Under the pieces are notes generated by a model that searched no databases, was not told where the DNA came from, and saw nothing but the letters and a program-made list of their open reading frames with translations. A stretch of DNA of 64,000 nucleotides from an uncultured delta proteobacterium (GTDB taxonomy: Bacteria > Desulfobacterota > Binatia > UBA9968), in the NCBI GenBank assembly GCA_963760795.1, contig CAVXEP010000003.1, forward strand, positions 1-64,000, in the 5' to 3' direction. Both the position numbers and the translations under genes were made by a program. This document shows, piece by piece, positions 54,931-64,000 of this stretch. Positions within the stretch are counted from its first letter, which is position 1; the number at the start of each line of letters is the position of its first letter.

Positions 54931-55365
54931 ATGATGAACGAACCGACCACGACGGCAAGCGCCGATAGAACCGTCGCCGACGTGATGAGCACGGATCTAC
55001 TGACCTTGAAGCTTAACGACACCCTGCGTTTGGCCGACGATATGCTCAACCTGGCACAGGTACGCCATTTCCCAATCCTCGACGGTGACCGGGTCGCCGG
55101 CATCGTCAATCACGACGACCTGCTGCATGCCTCGATGGCTGCCTTAGTGCGCCATCCCAAAGACTCGCCGCGCGAAACTCTCGGCGCGGTTGCGATCAAA
55201 GATATTATGAAGCCGGCAACCACCGTCGGTCCGGACACTTCGATCCGTGCCGCCGCTGAGACCATGGTCGAAAGAGAGACCGAGGTATTGTTGGTGGTGC
55301 ACGGTGAAAAACTACTTGGCCTGGTGACGCGGACCGATTTGCTCCGCGAGCTGGCCAGACGTTGA
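54931..55365 (+). CDS. CBS-domain protein
   Basis: VADVMS, VRHFPI, IKDIM, GLVTRTDLL. Confidence 0.85.
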   Translation: MMNEPTTTASADRTVADVMSTDLLTLKLNDTLRLADDMLNLAQVRHFPILDGDRVAGIVNHDDLLHASMAALVRHPKDSPRETLGAVAIKDIMKPATTVGPDTSIRAAAETMVERETEVLLVVHGEKLLGLVTRTDLLRELARR

Positions 55366-55384
55366 AACGAGGGTGGAGCGAGCC

Positions 55385-55530
55385 ATGATTGTTGGCACCG
55401 CATGACCAAGGAACCGACTACCGTCGATCCGGAGGATTTATCGATCCGCGCCGCGCACAAGATGCAAGCCGGCCGCTTTCGTCGCCTGCCGGTGGTGAGC
55501 GACGGCACGGTCGTCGGCATCCAAACCCTT
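55385..55530 (+). pseudogene. Truncated CBS-domain protein
   Basis: MTKEPTTVDPED...FRRLPVVSDGTVVGI, then runs into the convergent gene's stop. Confidence 0.65.
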
Positions 55531-55534
55531 CCGC

Positions 55535-56023
55535 TCACGCCGGCCAGATCGACTGCGGGTCGCTGCGCATCAGCATGCCGCGAATCTCGCTGCGGTGTCT
55601 TTCGCTGTCTTCGTAGATCCGTTCGAGCACCGCAGCGATATCCGGGAGCTCGTCGCGGACGGTCTGCATTATTTCAATCAGATCGTCCGAGCAGTGCTTT
55701 TCTTCTTCGAGATCGGCCAGCAAGTACTGCCAGCTGTTTTTCGTCGTTGGCGGCGATATCGGCACATTGGGAATTTTCCCGCCAAAGTGTGTGATTTTTT
55801 CCGCCAGCCACTCGGCGTGGCGCGCCTCATCCGCGGCCATGCGCAAGAGTCTCTCACGGAACTGTGGATACTGCATGCGCTCGGCGTGCGCGGTATAGCG
55901 CTGCACATGCTGCATCTCTTCGACGTAACGAGAAGCAAGAATCTTGATGATGTCACGGTAACCGCCGGCTGAAACGCCAAGGAACTGCAGCCACCAATCC
56001 GACCAGCTTTTCTCATAAGTCAT
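55535..56023 (-). CDS. Ferritin-like (diiron four-helix) protein
   Basis: YVEE, DEARHAEWL, DLEEE, DSERH; GAGG RBS before ATG 56023. Confidence 0.8.
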   Translation of the reverse strand: MTYEKSWSDWWLQFLGVSAGGYRDIIKILASRYVEEMQHVQRYTAHAERMQYPQFRERLLRMAADEARHAEWLAEKITHFGGKIPNVPISPPTTKNSWQYLLADLEEEKHCSDDLIEIMQTVRDELPDIAAVLERIYEDSERHRSEIRGMLMRSDPQSIWPA

Positions 56024-56936
56024 AACCGCCGCCCTTCCCTCATTTCGATTTTTCACTACACCCATCATACTAAAGGACTTAGCAAACAATGATCCAGCCA
56101 GCTTTACTAACAATTGGCTGCAAGTAAGCGACGCGCCGGCAGTCCGGAGTTCATCGGATTTGCAGAAGTGAGAAGAGGCGCCCGCGATCCTCGCATAACT
56201 GACAAGCGTGCTTATTGATAATCCTACCGGGACATTGAAAATGCCCCAGCCGCGAGACACTAAGATTGCGCTAGCTAAAATATCGAAAGGAGAAACCTTC
56301 ACGCGAAATTTCACCTTCGGCGCCAACGGAGTTAACGCCGCTAGCCCGGTTTTCCGATACCGCGAAGGCAATCCTTGGCCAGCCGTATCTCCGGCGCAGT
56401 GCGGATCTTGAGGAAACGAATCTAAAGAGAAATTTCTAGGGGTGCTCAGCCGCCGCGGTTTGTCGCGTCATGACCGAACGATCCCATAAGACAGTGGGCA
56501 AGACGTAATCATTGGCGGCTTCGTAGAACTCACGATCATGATTCAACAAACTTCTCAAGCAGACCGGTTCAAACAGCAAATGCGCGATTCATTGTGGCGA
56601 TGAAGGTGCGCGACGAGATTATCGAGAGCGATGTGAAGAAGCCCTTCGAGAAGGCCGACTTCAAGAACCATCAGCGTAGAGGGGAAGAACAGCGTCGTGC
56701 GGCTAAGCAGTGCTAGCGCGCTTTATTCAGGGTGTGCGCGCGGTCAAGGACCAATTGCGGATTGCGCCAGCCAAGGGCTAGAGGTCGGCCGGATGAACAC
56801 CGCGTCACGCTAATGCGTTATGTTTGACAGACAATAAAAAAACAGGCGATCTTATTAATTTCGCGACACTCTACCGCAAAACCCTACCAGGCGAGTGCAT
56901 GGGGAGTTTGCCTCGGTGAAGGAAAGGAGCACGGCA

Positions 56937-57096
56937 ATGAGTGGAAAAAACCGATCAGATCAAAGGGCGGATTAAAGACGCCGCGGGTGCGCTGACGGAT
57001 GACGAGGACTTGAAACGAGCGGGGAAGCTCGACCAAGCGATGGGTAAGGTGACGGTAGCAGCGGAGAAGGCCATCGTAAAAGTGAAAGACGCCTGA
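56937..57096 (+). CDS. CsbD-family stress protein (+1 in A6 run after codon 3)
   Basis: AGGAG RBS; DQIKGRIKDAAGALTDDEDLKRAGKLDQAMGKV. Confidence 0.8.
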
Positions 57097-57162
57097 CCGA
57101 CTACAAATTTTAGAATCAAGGTAAATGACCGAGGTGGTTATTGTCCATAGAGGAGACAATCC

Positions 57163-57399
57163 ATGAATACAAACAGTGGAGTTCAACAAAAAATGATCCG
57201 AGTTATTGCTAGCGCGTTGCTGGTGCTCGGTGGCGCGTTAGTGGGTGTCGGCTGCGAGCGCGAAGGAGCCGTCGAGAAGGCCGGCAAGCAGGTCGACAAG
57301 GCTGTCGAGGCGGCAAAGGACAAGCTCAATCCCGAAGGACCCGCCGAAAAAGCCGGCAAGCAGGTCGACAAGGCGATCGAAGAGGTGAAGGGCAAGTAA
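57163..57399 (+). CDS. Small lipoprotein with duplicated EKAGKQVDKA repeat
   Basis: Lipobox VGC; internal tandem repeat. Confidence 0.75.
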   Translation: MNTNSGVQQKMIRVIASALLVLGGALVGVGCEREGAVEKAGKQVDKAVEAAKDKLNPEGPAEKAGKQVDKAIEEVKGK

Positions 57400-57772
57400 A
57401 CTCGCTTCCTCAATTTCGCGGGCGGGGCCTTTGCCCCGGCCCCTCGGGCCACAGGCTTTTCTCGCTACGACCAGCGTGGCGCTCACTGGCCACTCTCTTC
57501 GCCCTGGCTATTTCCTGGTTATATCAAAGGCCGCTTTACCGGTCCCCACCGCCTCGTAGTCCGAACGAAACGACAACCGCAGCAGTCATCGCCGGGTAAG
57601 ACGCTCGTCGCACGAGTACACGTCCATGTTTTTTATCACCAGTTTCACCTAAATCGTACGCCGAATCGACACTGGATTAGCGACTAACATTAGACACCAA
57701 TGCCAGAAATCCGGCGTTTGTCCCACGTTCCCAGCTCTACGTGTTCCTCCTGACGGCTGAACTTGATAGCCT

Positions 57773-60700
57773 GTGAATGAGCCCGACCCAAGCCGGGATG
57801 ACCGTGAGGTATTTGGATTGAAAATACTATTTCTTCAGAACCTGCGACGAAGGCTCTTTTCAGACGCGGTTGTTCTTTCGCAGGTCGAGGAACCGATTCG
57901 GGCTGAACTCTTCAGCGCCGAGCGTCTTGAGCAGCACGCTGAAAGCCTTGCCGCCGCCCAGGGTGTCACACCCACGCCGCGCAAAGGTCGTCCCCTGTTG
58001 CCGCGCGTGCTGGACAACGGGCGGGTGTTGCTCGAATCGTATCGTTCAATTGCCCAGGCGATCCAAGATGAGCGCGCCATCACGCCTGCGGCGGAGTGGC
58101 TGGTCGACAATTATCACATCGTCGACGAACAGCTGCGCGAAATCCACGACGACCTGCCATCCGGCTATTATCGAGGGCTGCCTAAGCTGGCCGAGGGCCC
58201 ACTCCAAGGGTACCCGCGCGTCTATGGGCTGGCCTGGGCATTCGTCGCCCATACGGACAGCCGGTTTGACCCCGAAATGCTTCGTCGCTTCGTGCGCGCT
58301 TACCAGCGTGTGCAGCCTTTGACCATCGGCGAGCTCTGGGCAGTCGCGATCACCTTGCGGGTGGTGCTGGTGGAAAATCTCCGCCGCCTAGCGGAGCGCA
58401 TCGTCCATGACCGAGCGGCACGCCAGGAAGCCGACACGGTGGCCGACCGCTTGCTCGGACTTGGCGGACGATCAACCGAGCCTGCGGCTACGGTTCTGCG
58501 ACAGTTCGAGGGGGCGCCGTTGGCGGCGTCCTTCATAGTGCAGCTCGTCCAGCGCTTGCGCGACCAGGATCCGATGGTCATGCCGACTCTTCGATGGATT
58601 GAGAAACGCCTAGCAGCTCAGGGCACAGTGGCAGATGAGATTGTCCGGGTCGAGCACCAGCGGCAAGCAGCGATGAATGTGACCGTGCGCAACGTGATCA
58701 CCAGCATGCACGTGATTTCCGCCTTCGACTGGGCGGAATTCTTTGAGAGCGTCAGTCTTGTCGATGCAATACTCTGGACCGACACTGGCTTTGCCGCGCC
58801 GGACTTCGCGACACGAGATCGTTACCGGCGGGCAATCGAAGAACTCTCGCGGTGCTCACCCCATGAAGAACGTGAAGTTGCCCGGCGGGCGGTTGTTCGA
58901 GCGAAACACTTCCAGGGTGAAGCGCAAGGAGCCAATGACCCAACTGCGGACCGCCGCGCCGATCCCGGCTATTATCTGATCGCCAATGGGCGTGTCGCCT
59001 TCGAACAGGATCTCGGCTTTCGCATGCCGATCAAAACTTGGCTTCGCCGCGCCTATGTGACTCAAGCGACGCCTCGCTACCTTGGAACGATCGCGATTGT
59101 CAGCGCGTTCATCCTCGGTTTGTTTCTGTTCAATTCCGGCGCAGCGGAAGTTGGAGTCGTCGGTGTGCTTCTAGTCGGGCTTCTTGCTCTCATCCCAGCT
59201 TCGGATCTGGCGATCGCACTAGTCAATCGTGAGGTTACGGAGATGCTTGGGCCGCGGGCGCTGCCGAGGCTGGCGCTCCGTGATGGTGTGCCAGCAGATC
59301 TGCGTACCTTAGTGGTCGTCCCGACACTCCTGTCCGGCCACGCCCAGATTGCCGAGCAGATTGAGCGGTTGGAAGTGCACTATCTGGCGAATTCAGACGG
59401 CGATCTTCGTTTCGCGTTACTCACCGACTGGAAAGACGCGCCGCAAGAAAACATGCCGGGAGACGACGAACTGCTGGCCGCGGCCATCGACGGCATCGCG
59501 CGGTTGAACCGGCGCCATGGTCCCGCGCCGGATGGCAACGGGAGATTTTTCATTTTCCACCGTCGGCGCGGATGGAATCAGAGCGAGCGCAAGTGGATCG
59601 GCTGGGAACGCAAACGTGGCAAACTTCATGAACTGAATCGCTTGTTGCGCGGTGCCACAGATACCACCTTCTGTGTCAGCGGACGGTAGCGCGCCAATCG
59701 TGCCTTCCGGCATCCGCTACGTCATCACCCTGGATGCCGACACGCGGCTGCCAAGGGGGGCCGCTTGCCGATTGGTCGGCACAATGGCGCATCCCCTCAA
59801 TCGGCCTCGGTTCGACCCTCTTGTCGGCAGGGTCGTTGAGGGCTACGCCTTGCTTCAACCGCGCGTCACGCCGACCCTTCCAACCGATCGCGAGGGTTCC
59901 CTTTTCCAGAGGATCTCCTCAGGGCCGGCTGGCATTGACCCGTACGCCTCTGCCGTCTCCGACGTCTATCAGGATCTTTTCGGCGAAGGTTCTTACATCG
60001 GCAAGGGAATTTATGACGTCGATGCATTTGAGGCCGCGCTTGCCGGAAGGGTGCCGGAAAATGCCTTACTAAGTCACGACCTCTTTGAAGGTATCTTTGC
60101 GCGGGCGGGACTGGTCACCGATATCGAGTTCTTCGAGGAGTTTCCCGCGCACTACGAGGTCGCCGTGGTCCGCCAGCATCGCTGGGCGCGCGGTGACTGG
60201 CAGTTGCTGTCGTGGATCATCGGGCAGGCACCGGACATGGGCCGCGCTCGGATCCGTACCTCGATTCCGCTGATCGGCCGCTGGAAGATGCTTGATAATC
60301 TCCGCCGCACGCTGTCGGCACCGGCCGCCCTTCTGACTTTGATTGCCGGTTGGACGCTGCCGTTCGCTTCGCCGGTGATCTGGACCACATTCGTGCTCGC
60401 ATGCATCGCCGTCCCTCCCCTATTGTCCGTCTTGACTGGGTTGATCCCGCATCGGCGCGGAATTTCGAAACGCAGCCACGTACGGGCAGTGGGCACGGAC
60501 CTAGTGCTTGCCGCGTCGCACGTCGGACTCACGGTCACATTACTCGCCGACCAGGCATGGTTGATGGCCGACGCCATCATCCGGACTCTCTGGCGCGTCT
60601 ATGTGAGCCGCCGCAGGCTCCTTGAATGGGTGACAGCAGCGCAAGCGCAGTCCGGTTTGGACCTCAGCCTTATCAGCTTCTATCGCCGCATGAACGGCAC

Positions 60701-63700
60701 CGTAGCTCTCGCTGCGTTGGTGGCCATTCTTGTTGCCCTCCAACCGCCGGAAGTCTGGCCGATTGCGGCGCCGTTCGCTCTTCTCTGGGCTCTGTCGCCG
60801 ATGGTGGCTTATTGGATCAGCCTGCCACCGCGCGCAGCTGCGGCTCAGCCTCTTTCGGAGGATGACCTGCGCACGCTGCGCTTGACTGCGCGGCGGACGT
60901 GGCGATTTTTCGAAACCTTTGTCGGCCCGGAAAACCACTTTCTTCCGCCCGATAATTTCCAGGAAAAACCGACGCCGGTGGTGGCCCATCGCACTTCACC
61001 GACCAACCTCGGACTGTACTTGCTCTCGATCATCGCGGCGCACGATTTCGGCTGGATCGGCACGGTGGCAGCCATCGAGCGCCTCGAAGCGACGCTCGGT
61101 GTTATGAACGACCTCGAGCGTTTTCGCGGCCACTTCTACAACTGGTATGATACGCGTGACCTGCGTCCGCTTGATCCCAAATACATATCCTCGGTCGATA
61201 GTGGAAACCTCGCCGGCCACCTCATCGCGCTCGGACAGGCGTGCCAAGAGATCCTCGAGCGCCCGCTACTCGGCCCGCGTGCGCTGTCGGGCATCGCCGA
61301 TGCCATCTTACTCCTGCGCCAATCGGCACACGAAGTCGTTGACGATCGCCGCACCCAAACGGTCACCCGCAAGCATTTAAATGAGGCGCTCGGTGCACTG
61401 ACCGGCGCTCTTGAGCCGGTTCCTATGACGCCAAGCGATTGGGTCAAGTGTCTTACCGAGCTCGAGGCCCGCGCTCATACAATGGCGGACATTGCCCGCA
61501 CGCTGACCGCGGAACGAGGCGACAGCGCCGAGGGGGAGTTAGTCAGCGGGGCGGAGGCTGTGCTAGCGGCCATCGAAAGTCATTGGCGCGATCTCGACGC
61601 GGCAATTCCCTGGGCGCGGCTCTGTCTTTGGCAAGGCTCCGTTCAATCGCCCGACGATCCCCGAACAGGACTTGCTTTCGTCGACGCTGGCGCGTTTTTT
61701 TCCATCGATTCCCACCGTGGGCGGCACGCCGAGTTGCTGCCAGAGCGCCATCGCCGAACTTACGACGCTCCGAGCAACCGTGGGAACCAACAGCGCCGTA
61801 CAGGGGAATGCCCGTGGGCAAATCGATACCGTCATTGAAAGTCTTAGGGGCTCGACCACAGAATCGGAAGCGTTGCTCCAGCGCCTAACCACGCTCGTAA
61901 CGCTCACGACTACGATGTTCAACGCGATGGAGTTTGGCTTTCTCTTCGATCCGACACGCAAGCTATTCTCGATCGGTTACCGCGTTGCCGATAACCGCCT
62001 CGATCCGAGTTGTTACGATCTGCTGGCGTCTGAGGCGCGGCTCGCAAGCTTTATCGCTATTGCCAAGGGTGATGTCCCGCCAACCCATTGGTTTCATCTC
62101 GGTCGCGCTTTGACGCCTGTAGACCGGGGATCGGCGCTGGTCTCCTGGTCCGGCTCGATGTTCGAGTACCTCATGCCCATGCTCGTCATGCATTCGCCGT
62201 CGGGAAGTCTGTTAGGCCAGACCTGTGCTCTCGTCGTCCGCCGTCAGAGGAATTATGGAATCGAGCGTGGTGTGCCGTGGGGAGTCTCAGAATCGGCCTA
62301 CAACGCACGCGATCTGGAGCTCACCTACCAGTACTCGAATTTTGGCGTGCCCGGTCTGGGCCTCAAACGCGGGCTGAGTGACGACGTGGTTATCGCGCCC
62401 TATGCGACGGCGCTGGCGGCGATGATTGACCCAAAAACGGCGGCGGAGAATTTCGTACTACTTACCAAGGTTGGGGCGAGGGGACGCTACGGCTTCTACG
62501 AGGCGCTCGATTACACCGTCACGCGCCTGCCCGAGAACCAAGCCGTGGCCGTTGTTCAGGCCTATATGGCACATCACCAGGGGATGTCGCTGGTGGCGCT
62601 CGCCAATGTCCTCCACAATGGCGTGATGCGCGCACGCTTCCACGCCGAGCCGCGCATGCAAGCCACCGAGCTGCTCTTACAGGAACGGACCCCACGCGAC
62701 GTCTTGGTCACCCGGCCTAGAGTCGAGGAGGTACGGGCGGTCGCCAACGTTCGCGATCTGGTGCCGCCGCGCCTGCGGCGCTTCACTTCTCCGCACGATA
62801 TGACGCCCGCCACGCACATTCTATCGAATGGACGCTATGCGGTGATGGTGACGACGGCCGGTTCCGGCTACAGCCGTTGGCGCGACCTGGCCGTCACACG
62901 CTGGCGCGAGGACCGCACGCTTGACGCCTGGGGGACGTATTTTTTTCTTCGCGACCGGCATAGCGGCCAAGTCTGGTCGGCTGCGTACCAATCGACCGGC
63001 GTCGAACCGGACACCTACGAAGTAGCTTTTTCCGAGGATCGCGTCGAGATCCGGCGGCGTGACGGCACGATCGGGACCACCCTTGAAATCGTCGTCTCGC
63101 CGGAGCATGACGCGGAAGTGCGCCGGGTGTCGATCACCAATCTCGGGTCGCGAAGCCGAGAAATCGAGCTGACATCGTACGCCGAGATCGTCCTGGCGAC
63201 GCCGGCTGCCGATGCGGCTCACCCGGCTTTTTCCAATCTGTTCGTGCAGACTGAATTTTCCGCCGAGCTCGGCGCCCTACTCGCTACACGCCGGCCAAGG
63301 TCACAGGGCGAGCGGCAGATATGGGCAGCGCACGCCATCGTCGCCGAAGGGGAAACCGTCGGCGAGTTGGAATACGAAACCGACCGGGCGCGGTTTCTCG
63401 GCCGAGGGCGCAGAATACGAACACCGATGTCGGTCATTGACGGCCATCCGCTCTCCAACAGCGTCGGCGCGGTGCTCGACCCCATTTTCAGTCTCAGGCG
63501 CTGTGTACGGCTGGCGCCGGGCGCGTGTGCGCGGATCACGTTCTCGACACTGATCGCGCAATCGCGCGACCAGGCGCTCGACCTGGCCGACGAGTACAAC
63601 AATCCAGCAACATTTGAGCGCGCCGCCACGCTGGCATGGACGCAGGCTCAGGTGCAGCTACGCCATCTCGGCATCGACGCCGACGAGTCCCATCTCTTCC

Positions 63701-64000
63701 AGGAGCTCGCCAGCCGTCTCCTGTACTCCGATCCCGCACTGCGGGGGTCATCCGCAGTGCTCACTGCCAATAGCCGCGGAGCCTCTGCTTTATGGCGGCA
63801 CGGAATTTCCGGCGACCTGCCAATTGTCCTCGTGCGCATCGATGAGTCCGACGACCAGGGTATTGTGCGTCAGCTACTCCGCGCACACGAATACTGGCGT
63901 CTAAAGCAGTTGGCTGTCGATCTGGTAATCTTGAACGAACAGGCGCCATCCTACGCCCAAGATCTCCAGGGCCTGTTGGAGAGCCAGCTCAGGGCTAGCC
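57773..64000 (+). CDS. ndvB: Cyclic beta-1,2-glucan synthase (GT84-GH94), frameshifts near 59680 and 61620-61700, runs off window
   Basis: PIRAELFS.ERLEQHA, AEWLVDNY, GWERKRGKLHELN, ITLDADT, LLSHDLFEG, RQHRWARGDWQL, HRTSPTN, YDLLASEARL, WSGSMFEYLMP. Confidence 0.92.

Noticed and set aside
56024-56371. N-terminal extension of the ferritin-like ORF
   Set aside because: RBS and a sigma54-like box (56082-56096) support a start at 56023

Overview
Bacterial genomic window. The gene repertoire (NMT1/THI5 and TctC binding proteins, UbiD, amidohydrolase) suggests Ca. Binatia or a related deltaproteobacterial lineage; this is inference. (1) 1-11.7 kb: lower-GC XrtA/PEP-CTERM-type exopolysaccharide operon headed by an RfaH/NusG paralogue. 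Its right border carries an IS630 remnant, a decayed tyrosine integrase and a degenerate tRNA 3' end (att-like). (2) 15-19.8 kb: aromatic-type cluster of a CADD-like diiron oxidase, a gentisate-type cupin, a dihydroxyphthalate-decarboxylase-like protein and UbiD. (3) 22-25.7 kb: a high-GC katG with integron-cassette hallmarks (GTTAGCT core site plus a 57-bp attC), inserted exactly at the G|TT of a Val codon inside a decayed monofunctional catalase gene, next to perR/fur. (4) 26-57 kb: dispersed stress/hypoxia genes (ackA, DoxX, Rv2004c-like kinase, pfk, gap, USPs, CBS proteins, PRTase, SHOCT, ferritin-like, CsbD). Many have sigma54 -24/-12 boxes and a recurrent tandem TTTCGCA-N4-TGCGAAA palindrome, next to a cytochrome c'-like lipoprotein, a FixL-like heme-PAS kinase and an NtrC-type activator. 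(5) Cyclic beta-1,2-glucan synthase running off the right end. Many genes outside the EPS locus carry single-base frameshifts, probably assembly errors.
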